In this document: positions 1 through 11,580 of the stretch, one piece after another
How the letters are laid out: each line of letters opens with the position of its first letter
Position numbering within the stretch: the stretch's first letter is position 1
Program-made: the position numbers and the translations under genes
Notes under the pieces: model-generated
The model's database searches: none
The model's input: the letters and a program-made list of their open reading frames with translations, nothing else
What the model was told of the DNA's origin: nothing
Assembly (NCBI GenBank): GCA_964255285.1
Contig: CAXUUL010000035.1
Span: 1-51,100, forward strand
Origin: Ionaspis alba
Lineage: Eukaryota
Direction of reading: 5' to 3'
DNA: 51,100 bases

Positions 1-1394
1 CCCCCTTCCCCAACATCCCCAACACGAGCACTCTCCCCCTGCCAAGCACAAGCACACAGCTCGACCCAGCATATCTCGCTTCTTCGGTAGCCGGTCTGGA
101 CCCTATACACTTCCCCGCCCTGTCCTTTCCAATTCCCAACAACCCATTTTCCTTCCCTCCACCGAACTCAGCAGCCGCATCTCCAGCCCCTATCGCAGCC
201 ACGACGTCCCCCTCCGCGGCACTGATAGCGCCAGGCTCAGTCCCACACCTGTTCGCCACAACAACCACTGTCCGCCCCTCCTCGCCATCCATCCCGAGCA
301 GAGGTCTCAACCTCCCTAACCAATAAGCCAACGTATCGCTATCTGGCCTTTCCGGCTCTGCAACCAAGCTGTCCGGCGGCAATGAGCTGAGCCAGGCCAT
401 GGAGAGGACGAGTAACGGGGAATGTGCAGCGAGCGTGTGAGAGGCGAGCGCGTAGATATCCCAGGGAGGGAGGAAGTGTTGGGGGTTGAGGTCCATGCAG
501 ATGCCGAAGGTTGTGAGTGTTGAAAGTGGGGATGTGGGCTGCGGTAGAGAGGGACTTGAGATGGGTTGGAAGGTAGGTAAAGGGTGTGGAAGTGGTAGAG
601 GAGTGGTTAGCCACCTTGTTGGTGACGGCTCCGCCCACGTTTCGTCGGTGTAGTAGAGGTAGGTTTTGCGGTAGTGGGCCAGGATCTGGCCGGTTGGAGA
701 GACTGTTACTGTGGAGTTGTAGTTGGCGGGTTTAAATTTGGAGTTTTCTGCGGGCGGGGTGGAGGGATGGGAGAACGTGGACTTGGTGGGTGAGGCAGAG
801 ATAGTGGATGGAATGCTGGGGAGTGCGCGCTCGGGGTAGCCGACTGCTACGAGGCAGTTGTGGCTGCGAGCGGTGCGGTGGGCCCAATGGGTGGAGAGGC
901 CGGAGGCGGTGGGCTCGAGAAATGGAGATATGGCGATGAGGGAGGGATGGTTGTAGCCTGGGATTGGGATTAGTAAAAGGAGGTTGAGGGGAGTGTGGAA
1001 GCGGGGATGGGGAGGAAGGAGATGGAGTACAGGGAGATAGAGTGGAAGAAAACGAGGAATGAAATGCGTATATGCTCAGAGACCTTGATACTATCGGTCC
1101 CTCAAGTGTTGCTTCTTGAAAGTTCTTATGCTCGAGGCGAAACTGCTCGACCGAGTTTCCACAACAGTCTTCCAAGATATAAAAGACGACAAATGCAAGG
1201 GTACGATAAGGCACTTTAAAAAGCAGGAATTAGAGATAGGAACAAAGCATCCACAAACCACTAAAAGCCATTTCCGGGAGCACCAGCAGATCCAATCCCC
1301 TCATATCTGCCCTTGCCAAAAGCTCATCTGCTCTCGCCATGTTCCCCTCGACATCTCCCAGGACGGGTGAGAATTGTAGGGTGGCGATATGCAT
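1..1394 (-). CDS. NTA1: Protein N-terminal amidase (carbon-nitrogen hydrolase family); 3' end runs off the window; 2 exons, intron 958-1258
   Basis: Manual translation: MHIATLQFSPVLGDVEGN...LLVLPEMAFS|GYNHP...YNSTVTVSPTGQILAHYRKTYLYYTDETWA...FGICMDLNP...LAYWLGRL...VVVANRCGTE...YAGSSCVL. Nitrilase E-K-C triad motifs present. Missed by the ORF track. Confidence 0.9.
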
Positions 1395-1842
1395 TTTGAC
1401 ATCTCAATAGAAGGCATGAGAGGAGGGCCGCATTCATGAACCTTGATCACGTGGAGGTAAAAGACCCTGGCAATGTCCCTCTATGAAAAAATTGAAAATA
1501 GACAGAAGGACGGCAACTGGCTGGCATACTGCCAACAGTGACAGAGAGTGAGGGTTTGCTAGTAGAGTGGCAAAATAGGCGAGCGGAAGGAACAAACATC
1601 CAGTGCCAAGAACGTCAAAACCATTCTTACACCCCTACACATATCTGCAGTAGTAGGGTATGGAGTTCTCGTATGGGTTTTATCATTCTACACAGTAGGA
1701 TAAAGGTTCTGAGACAACAGGTCTTGATTTCATAGTCCCCATCCAAACCACAAACAACTAGTTTCTACTCCTATGCGCCGCCGCTATGCCAACGACAGCT
1801 TCAAGCCATCTACCCAATGAAAGCGCCAACGCTATGCAAGAC

Positions 1843-4800
1843 TTAATCCGAAAGCTCAATCGCATCATCCTGATGCGCCCCGGTCCCACTTCCACTTCCC
1901 TCCCGCTGACTCTGCGCACCTCCAAACATCGCCTCCTCAAACCCATTCCCATACGCAGCAAAGCCCTGCGCAGGCCCCATCTGGGTCGACAACCCGTGGT
2001 TTCCGAAAGCTGCAAAGCCCTGCTGCCTTGGCGGTGCCTGGGCTGCCATCTCCTCCCCTGCACTCCCAGATACTGCCACGTCGCCGTTGCGTTGACCCCA
2101 GTTCCTAGGCAAGAGACCATGAGCGCCGGTGGCTTTCAGTCTGATCTCTGTCCTACTGGGCGTGTACTGGAACTCCCTTAGCTTCCTTTCCTTCTCGGTT
2201 TCTTGCCGTTGATCACGGGTCGCGCCACTGCTACTGGGGCTCTTTTCGCTTTTCTCGCGCTCTTCACGGAACCAATTGATGGATTCGGCCATGGCGTTGC
2301 GGACTTCCGCCATTTGCGCGAAGAGCTCGTCGTCGTCGTCGTCATTGGTAGTGGAGGTGACGCTTGTTCTTCGCCGTATGGTAGAACTGTTGGCGATGGG
2401 AGGTCGCATTGACTGGGATGACGAGGGGCGGGAGGACTCAGGAGGTGAGGCTCGAGATGATTTCCTAGAGCTCATGTCTTCGCAGTTTTCGGGTACTCGA
2501 CGTTTTCGTGATGCTGGAATGATCGGCGTGTCAGGGTTCACACCTAAAGCTTTTAGTCGGAAATAGTCGGTGCGCGTAGTGTCAGTCCTGCCTGGTGGGA
2601 CGAGACGACGTGCTTGCTTTAGGACCGCATCACTGATGAGCGAAGGATTGCTCAGGAATGACGACCTTGGGCTGAAAGCACTCCCTGGCTTGGAAACTCT
2701 TCCAGATTGAATCATCCTGCTCGGACTTTCCAGCGTCTGCGACCGCTTGTGGTGAGACTTTGTAGGTCGTTTGTTGAGTCCAGCTATCTGCGTGGAATTG
2801 TTAGGATGAATATCCTTTTCATGCCTCTGAGATGGTGATGAGGTAGGTCTTTCTTCGATTGTATCCGGCAGGCTGTTTCTTTTCCTCTTCGAATCCGAGT
2901 TTGCGGGTCTCGCAGGAGGAGGCATAACTGCTTCGCCTGTTCTTCCTATCCTTGAGGCCTCGAAATTTGGTGTTTCTGACGGCGTACGACTGGTCTCGCG
3001 TGACTGACTCCTACTCAAAGCCATAGCTTGCAGCGATTCTGCAAAGTTTTTCCTCCTCTCCTTGCCTTTGCGCAGAAGTGCTTTTTTCCAAGCCTTCTGC
3101 TTCCACTTCCGAAAGTACTTCTTCCCCAGCAACAAACGACGAGCACTCGCTGTAGCACAATATTAGCCTTCACTTACCTTATATGAACCACGTCGAAAAC
3201 CACTGACCAATTTCCTCGCGAACTCGTTCCTTATTGACCTGCGATATTGCTTTCACGATCGTTGGGCTGATTGCAAACTCGATGAATTGCTGAAGAAGAC
3301 CGTCGTTCTCACATACTGTGGCCCTTGCGAGCTCGTCGAGTGCTTTCGGTCGTAAGTCGGGTTTGGGAGGGTAGATAGGAGGTGCAGTTGGACGAGGAGG
3401 TGTGTATGGTTTCTGAAAAGGTGAGCTCTTAGGCTCCAATGGAGTGGGTAGCGGTCGTGGAGAAGTTGTGTCAACATTTGAAATTGTCGATAGCTGCGGT
3501 AGAGGTTGCGGTTGAGGTTGGGATAGAGGTTGCTGTGGTAGACTTCCCGACGTCGTGTTCTTACGATCAAGATTTGGGGGCGAAGGAGCTGGAAAGCTGA
3601 ATAGTGGTGGAGGCGCTTTCCCGCCGGCAGGTGACTTCGATACAGTAGTTGCAGAACCTGAAGCCTGGCTCGGAAGCTCAATTGATTTGATATCCGGTGT
3701 GCTTGTTTGGATTGAAGGAACAGAAGTTGTGAAGGGGAGAAATGGTGTCGGATCGTGCAGCTTCGAATTCGAGAGCGAATTCTGGAATAGGAGCGACGGC
3801 GGATTTGAAGGCGTTGGAAAAGCCTGAGGGGCTGCGTCAGGGTTTGTAGCTTCGAATTTATGGAAAGGTGATGAGGGAGACTGATTGGAGGCTTGGAGAT
3901 TGACTGGTTTCGGGATCGTGAAGTTGAAAGTTGAAGAAGTAGTTTTCGGGCTTGATGATTCAGAATCGGGAGGTGTGCTCGGTGGTGCTGCGAGCACGCT
4001 GTAAGGCTGGGTATCGCTAGTAGATGTCTGGCCGAAGTTTGCCGATCTTGTGGCCGGCGTGGAAGTCGCCGGACCTGGAGGAGCAGACAGTCCAGGTCCA
4101 ATTGCAGGAGAAGGAGCAACAAGGTCTGGAGCAGTACTCGTAACTGAGGTTGCAATGGTAAAGTTGAATTTTGGTGTATTGCTGGTAGGGAACGGAGTCG
4201 TAGACGGGGCAGGGTTGGGATTCGTGGGTTTGGCGAAAGGGTTTGGCGTGGTTAGTGGGCCGCTGGGTAGCCCAAAGGTAGATGTTGAAGGTGCGTTGAA
4301 GGGACTACCAGTCGAAGTAGAAGCAAAAAATGGATTCGTTCGGCTAGCTTCAGGAGGGTTCGTGGCAGATGGTAGGGTGAACGATGGCTGGCCGAATGTG
4401 CTCGGGAGTGTGGTCACAGCAGTCTTCTCTACTGGCTGCTTCGCCGTTGTCTCGGGCTTCGATATACCCTCATCCGACTCATCGCTGACGAAAAGCGTTT
4501 CGTCAGCTCCGGTGTCTTCCTCGATAGATGACTCGTCGATGTATCCTTCCGCTCGAGCTCTAGAGACACTCATGCCATCTATCACTGCCGAGAGCGTCCT
4601 TCCCAGTCGCTTTTTCTCTACCAGGGTCTTCGAGAAAAGTTGCTTTCTTTGCGTATTCGAATCTGCATGGAGTGTAAGGGGCCGTCAGGCTCAGGGGACT
4701 CACAGTCACTGACCTTCCAACCAGTTTGAGGCAACGGACCCAAGGTCTAGAAATGCTTCTCCGTCTTCTCTTTCTCCAATGGTGAATCCGTGGTCCTCAC

Positions 4801-6319
4801 AGTATCGTTGCGTCTGTTCTTCGTTGTCGAACCCAAGAGCTATTGCAACGTCGCCGAGGATCCAATCTTCTAATTTGATCGTGCCTGGTCTCCTATATGC
4901 TTTCCAGATTGCTTCAAGAGCTCTTGTTCTGACTAGATTGAAATAGATTTCCGCAGCGCAGGCCATCAGATAGGAGACCATGTTGGACCGGACTATGGAC
5001 CAGAAAGCTGCGTAGTTGGATTGAGCTATAGAAAATGGTGTTTGCGGTCGAAGGGGACCTTGAGCATCTGATGTGTTACCAGCCGCAGCATAGAGCTTGA
5101 AGGCTGTTTGTATCCGCGAGTCTTTCAACAAAGCTCTTGGCCAATTCTGTGCTCTATCCTCGATGTCTGGTCGCAGATCCCGTATTTCGAAAATGATGCA
5201 GTAAGCTCGAAATTCTGCCTCATTGGGAGACGTGAGCTTATGTCGACTGTCATCATAGTAGTACATGAGTGATAGAAGAGTGTTGTTAAGTTGTTCGCGC
5301 TCCTGATGGTGGTCGAATTCGCCATTGTCACGACTGGGATGCGACAGTTGATGGAGAGATAGAATGTGGAAACGTGCGATTCGCTCGAAACAGTCAATGG
5401 CAATACGTAAGTCATCTGCTTTGGTAACTTGTTGAATAGAGAAGTCATTCCGGATGCCTCTCGTCCGATCCCATAAGAATTTGTGGGCACTGGCCAGAGA
5501 ATGTGACCCAAGGAGCTCATCGAAAAGGTAATTGAGCGTTTTCTGTAGTACAGCGGGTGGCCGTATGTCTGAAGGCAATTGCTCATCGTAGCCGGCTGCA
5601 GATCGACGAAATCGCTTCACCATGAGCTTCTCATTAGGCACTTTCGCATCCGATGATTCGATCGCGGTCTACCGATTCAGATCAGCGATCGGTCCAGGCG
5701 TTGGAGAGTAGTACGCCCAACCTTCTCACAACCATCGACCATCAGTTGTACGATTCTTTCCACTCTTTCAAACTCTGGGCACATATCCTGACATGTTCCC
5801 ACCGGTGTAATGGCATGCGCCAATGATGTTGGTCTGTCCGGATCCGCCAGGAAGCCATTCTTGATCGCATCTTTACGCTCTTGTTCCCGACTCTTCTTAA
5901 GCTATTGATACAAACGAACGCAGATGTCACTAGGAATATCCTCCAGTCAGCAGATGGGAGTTGTGGATACATACCGTCTGCCAGAGATCGTGCATCCGCT
6001 CTTTGTATTCTGTATTGCCCTCGACTTTGGGATCGCGCCAACTCTCATCCCCTGAATCGTTCTGGATTTCTCTCCAAAGAGGTGATGGACGCCCGCGTGC
6101 ACCGCGTCCGGATCTCATGCCTCTGATATTATTGCTCGGTCGACTCTGGTTGGTCGCTAAGCCTTTCGCTGTAGGCAGAGATCGATTAGGAGATGTCCTC
6201 CGAGATCTAGCTCCTGATCGATTTGCTTCGTTGGGAGTAAGACCCGTGTCATTGCTTCCTCTTGAGATTTGGCCGTTCTGGGCTCTGCCTCGCCCTCGCG
6301 GTCGTTGTTGAACCGACAT
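1843..6319 (-). CDS. SAC3: SAC3/GANP family mRNA export (TREX-2) scaffold, 5 exons; start codon approximate
   Basis: GTCQDMCPEFER, VKRFRRSAAG, DIRPPAVL, FLWDRTRGIRNDFSIQ, CFERIARFHI and NEAEFRAY motifs. ORFs 5930-6319, 4706-5641, 3179-4585 and 1843-3135 join through GT-AG introns. Central P/S/T-rich region with FG/PF motifs. Confidence 0.92.
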
Positions 6320-6982
6320 CTCGAGGGCGAACCCTTGATGTCAGGCCGTCAGGGAATGCGCGCATCCAGAATGGTAGGAGTCGAGATTTGCGAACTTCAG
6401 ACAAGTGTAGCAGTGTCAACCGGACTTGTGGAGGCCATGAAAAATAGTGTTGACGATTCTTTGTTGGAGGGAGCTCATGACCTTGAACGTCGCCGAGCTA
6501 GTGGTTCATGACACTCCAAATTGTAAGGCTGAGCGTTTGCTACCAAGAGCAAGAGGCCATAATTTCACTACAATGCGTAGACTACCTAGCTATTTCCTTT
6601 GTTAATAGGAATTCATGTGATGGAGGCGATTTGTTTCTGGGCGGCAAGATCTTTAGTCAATTACGACGGGTTGTTAGGCATGATTCTTGTTCTCTGGTCA
6701 AATGCAAGTATGAGGCTTCTGGCTTGGTCCGTCAAAGTTGTGCCTCGAATAACTACAACTTTCCACAATTCTACAACACGATCGCGAAGTTCTTGCAGTG
6801 TATGCCGGAAAACGAGGCCTTGTGCTTCAGAAACTATGGAACAGTTCAAGGAGATCCGCATCCAATGCCAATCCATCGACGTTTCCATCAAGATAGGATA
6901 CGTCCTCTCATACCTCCAGCTAACCATCAGCTCACAAGACCACATTTCATGCCGGAGTATTTGCATATCATACATACTCTAT

Positions 6983-8004
6983 TCACTCCGTCAAAAACCG
7001 GCCTACAACCTCCATATACCTCTCCCTCTCCTCCCAAAGTGGCGTATGGCTCGACTCCGCAAACTTCTCCCATTTGACGTCCGGAATCAACTTAGCATAC
7101 GGCTCCACAGTCTCATCCTGCGCCTCATCATATCTCCCATTGATCAACAGGGTCTTCGCCTGAATATTATGCAATTTCTCCTCAATACTCCACTCCTTCA
7201 ACGTGCCCGTAACAAAAAACTCTGACGGACCATTCCTGCCATGTCGATTAGCCGATGTACCCTTCCAAAGGAGCCCCAGCCATCTTGCCCACCCCAAATC
7301 CAGCGCAAAGAAAAATGCACAAAAAATACTCACATTGTCAACGAAACCGTCGGCTCCGCCTTCATTCTCTCAAAGCTGACCTCCAAATCCCTCGGAAACG
7401 GATTCACGCGACACAAATGCCTTTGATAATAAACCCCCTCGGCGTCCTCATACTCCTTCCCTTCCAGCGTCCCCTCCTTCTCACACCTCTCCAGCACCTC
7501 CCTCACATCCTGAGGCAACTGCGCTCTCAACTTCGCCGCCGCCTGCATCCACAACGCCATACTAGCCGGACTGCACGAAATGACCAGCCTTCTCAGCCCC
7601 TTGGGCCTGCGCACCGCATGCTCGGCCGCTAGCATTCCGCCCCAAGAATGGCCTAGTAGATCATAGTCGTCCTTTACGCCCAGCTTCTCTAGTAGATTGT
7701 CCAGCTCCTCGAGGAAGAGCTGAACGGTCCAAAAGTCGCCATCGCCCATTTTCTCGGGTAGATGCGTCGAGTCGCCGCAGCCGAGCTGGTCATAGAAGAT
7801 GACGGGGATGTTGTGGGGTGCTGCGGCGAGGTCGGTGAGGGGAAGGAGATAGTTGTGCGGGACTCCGGGGCCGCCGTGGAGGACGATGAGGGGGCGAGTG
7901 GTGGACTTGAGGGTTCCATAGACGGTGTACCATGTTTGGCAGGGTTTGTTGGCGGTAGGGACGGAGAAGTCGAGGTGGCCGGTTGTTGGAGTTGGAGTAG
8001 GCAT
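6983..8004 (-). CDS. Proline iminopeptidase / L-amino acid amidase (alpha/beta hydrolase, S33); intron 7236-7333
   Basis: LHGGPG, FYDQLGCG, GHSWGG nucleophile elbow, spliced M-NGPSEF, GRYDEA and SSHTP catalytic motifs. Confidence 0.9.
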
Positions 8005-8841
8005 TTTTGGGGCTTTTGGGAGGGGGATGGATGCGGAGTCTATGGTGGGTGGGAAGGATATGAAGAGGTAGATGGTACGAAAGGCGCGAATCTGGTTTGG
8101 AGACCCATGGTGAGGTATATGTGTCAGAGAGAAGTTGAGCACCTCCCTAAATGGACGATGGGAGCCGCGGCGGATGGTGGAGTATGTGACATGGAGACCC
8201 CACTGCGGGAGCACCATCCTTATCTGGTGCGTCGAGACTGCGCCAAGACCCGGAGTGCTCTTGCCGGTACAACGGAATGTTTTCATTCAAATATTCAAAT
8301 ATTCGAGAATCATACTACAGAGTCACATCAATCCAGCAAACGAGTGAAACAGTTCCAAAGCCAAGGATTTGAAAATAAAGATACTCTAGAGGTAGCCCTG
8401 AATACTTAATCCAACCAGCATACCATCAAATTCCCACTATACCTCCTTTCGCTTCAAAGTCCGCCACAAAATACCCATTACGGCCAGCGGGCCTCCCATA
8501 TTTCCAAAGTCTATATCAAAAGGTACGACGAGATCCCAGCTCTCGTACTGTTCGAAGGCAAAAGAAGTCGTTGGAATTACCCGTAATCATCGAGTCCTCT
8601 GCGAGGTGTTTTTGCCCCAGTTCGACGCTAATTATACAGAAAGCATGTGCCCATTAGTTGTGAATGAACATTTTGGTGGAGAATTCATGGCCGTGAAAAG
8701 TCGTAAGCAGATATCGTGGCATTGAAACCAGTCGCTCAAATTGCTTGCTCGCTTGCTTCAAATGCTGCAGAGGTATATTCAATCAAAAAGCTTGACAATC
8801 CTATAAAGACGAAGAAGACATGGTGCAAAGAGCATCAAAGA

Positions 8842-11076
8842 TCAGTGGTAACCCTGGTACGGTTTCATATTCGCTTGGACATTGTTGTATTCAGGTAGAC
8901 CGTGATAAGCCGCAGTGGACGCTCTGCGCATGGCACTAAGGTCGGTGGGTTGGGATTGGTATCTCGTAACAGGCATGTCTGATGGAAGGCCATAGAACTG
9001 GTTGAACTGCGCGGGCGCCGAGACAGTCTGCTTACTAGGTGTAGTGGTAGCGATGGTTATAGATCGCTCCGAACTGGTCTGAAAGGGGTTGAAGAACGCC
9101 GAACAGTTCTCGGTGTTTGAGCTACTGTCATGCATATTCTGGGTTGAAGTCGCCAGCCCCCAATAATTTTCTGGCACTGAAAATGGCTGATAAGTCTGGC
9201 TTGTTTGTTGAGAATGTGTGGTTTTCAGTGGCTGCTGGATAGGGTAGTGTTGGGTGGTATCCACAGGAACAAGTCCTAGACGTTGCGCCTCTTCGGCCCG
9301 TTGGATAGGTAAATATGCCGACGTCGGTAATGCCATCATATCAGTGTTCATTTGGAGAGGATGATCTGTAGCCATAGATGAAAACGAAGAGGTAGTTGAT
9401 ACATTTCTTCCACTAGACTGGTAGGCAATAGGCTCGTTCTTGAACGAGGTCTGCGTAACGTCGTTGTTGTAAAGCATAACGCTTTCGTCCGGTATGGGCT
9501 CCTGTTTCGAAGTATTTGTCTCAACTTGGGTACTGCGAGACACAAGTACAGTCGGACTATGCTGCTCCGTCGCAACGGGACTGACCACGCTCTGAGGCAA
9601 TGGTGAGGGAGGCGCCTGGGTGCGCAAGCGCTTTGTGGCAGGCTTGGATTTGGTCATCTTGGGTACCTCTTTTGGTTCTGCGTCGGGTAGGGCGATATTG
9701 ATGATATAGCTCGCATCTGAACGTGTTACTTTAAAGGGACGAGCGTAACTGGAAAATGAGAATCACATACCAATTTCATCCCTCAAATAGCGTTCCTCCT
9801 GCTCCCTCACATGATAGATGAGATCTAACATAGATTTGACCTGAGGCGTCATCGTAGGAGTGCCTCGAATCTCATCCGTACTTTGTCGCAACAAATCCAC
9901 AGTGATACGATTACCATGTGTGCCATCATAGCTGAAAAGGTTCCGGAGTATGTGGATCAGTAGCACAAGTCGCTCTGCGCTCGATTTAGAGAGGCAATTT
10001 GGTTCTGACGGCAACATACATACCGGGCTTTGTGATGTGATCAGGTTCCTTGTGGCGACAACCTTCTTTCGGCCACCAATCGGGTCTTGTCACCCAGCCA
10101 TCGCCTTTTTTTCCCAGTTTCACGGCATTCTGCCCACCATTGTAAGGGTGGTGCGCTTGTTTCTTCGGCTCCACTGTCTTGACCCAGCATTTCGCCAGTG
10201 TCTTACATGGAAGCTGCTGCATCATTTTGAAGCAGAGCTTGTAGATGTCGAGTATGGCCTCCTCATCGCCAATTCTATATTCCGTGCGTACGGTGCCACC
10301 AGTAGCGTACACACCTTCGTCGTCCGAAGCAGTTTCCTCATCTTCAGATGATGCTGTACAAGGAGATTCCTCAATCACTCTTGAGGGAGGTAGGATCTGG
10401 TTGGTTGACTGCTTTCGGTGTATGGAAGCCGGTACCGCTCGTTGAACAATCCGAGCCTTCGGGACGTTTCGACCAGAACGAGAGGGCTTTGAGATCGAAG
10501 CATCGTTAACAGGGTGACCTTGTACGGACTCTTTCTTGGGAGGAGCTAGAAAAGGTCAGATGGGACTTCATCGAAGATTATGAGGGATAGCGGATGTCGG
10601 GTGAACAAACTCTGGCGTTGATATCTTCTCGCAGCATTCGAGCTTCTTTTGACCATCTCCTGTCGGATGACTTCGACGTAGCCCTTGCGAAAATCGTTGG
10701 TGAAAATGTCCGGGTGCCTAGAGGATAGCTCAGGGGAAGTCTCGTATCTCATCTTCTTGTCATCGCCAATGTAGATCATGGCAAAGAACCTCGCGCGAAT
10801 GTTGCAGTGTTCTTCGAGGGCTCGTGGTATGGTCTACCACTGTTAGTCACGGCAGCGCAGGATGACGAAGAATCAGTCCACCTAACGTACTAATGGGAGA
10901 GAGTACTGAAGATCCGATAACGCAGAAGTGCCAGGAAGTTGTCTCGAAGAAGAGTTGATGTTTGAACATGAAGCGTCCCAGTAGCCCGTCGAAGCCCACG
11001 CCTGCTGCTTCCTAGTCTGATCCGGCGAGCCATATTCCCGAGCTTTTAGCATACTGGCGGAGCAGTTGACAGCCAT
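8842..11076 (-). CDS. DUF2841 / YDR124W-like helical-bundle protein, 5 exons
   Basis: QQLPCKTLAKCWVKTVEPKKQAHHPYNGG...RPDWWP...RHKEPDHITKP-ERLVLLIHIL signature. Four ORF-track fragments plus 10882-11103 join in frame through GT-AG introns. S/T/Q-rich C-terminus. Confidence 0.8.
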
Positions 11077-11552
11077 CGCTCGGGAAACCTTGCTTTTCTG
11101 CACGTGCGAATGAATGATTTGTTTTGCGTACAGCCAAACATCAACTAAGGGAAGCCCTAATCAACCAAATAAGAATGGATCTTCGACAAGATTTGGCGCC
11201 AAACATTAGTGACGGGTATTGGGGCTTTAGCGAAAGTCAATTTCAACAATCTCTGCGCTGCAATATTAACGCGCACAAAGCTTGTATTGATGGACGAATA
11301 GTTAAATGAAAGAGCAGAGAGTCTTCAAGATGCTGACTGTAGAGTCAAGGAATAAGCTTCTGAGGGGAACACGCGACGACGGGAACAAGTGCTTGGATCG
11401 TGCTTATCTGATCCGAAGGATTGTGGCAACAGCAGATAGGCAATATAGTTCAGCGGGACACCACGACGAAGGATGAATAAAATTCAAATTACTAACATGA
11501 GCGTCTGCAGTGCGAGAGAGACGTCAGACCAGTTTTCCGAAGCAAACAAACG

Positions 11553-11580
11553 ACAGTAGCAACAGCAGCAGCAAGTAGCA
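11553..11580. repeat. Degenerate (CAG/TAG/CAA)n trinucleotide tract upstream of the DUF2841 gene
   Basis: cagtagcaacagcagcagcaagtagca. Confidence 0.5.

Noticed and set aside
339..1214. ORF-track ORFs 339-638 and 732-1214 (-)
   Set aside because: Wrong-frame or intronic readings of the NTA1 locus; the real frame has nitrilase motifs.
1655..1722. Small hairpin TTTATC..CTAC/GTAG..GATAAA followed by ACA
   Set aside because: Short stem and no H box or second hairpin; insufficient for an H/ACA snoRNA call.
6508..7225. Overlapping ORFs 6508-7077, 6599-7225 (+) and 6661-6975 (-)
   Set aside because: No recognisable motifs; they overlap the peptidase 3' end/UTR and the SAC3 promoter.
8005..8286. 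94-codon in-frame N-terminal extension of the proline iminopeptidase
   Set aside because: Composition looks like promoter or UTR; ATG 8004 has good context (AAAATG) and fits the family length.
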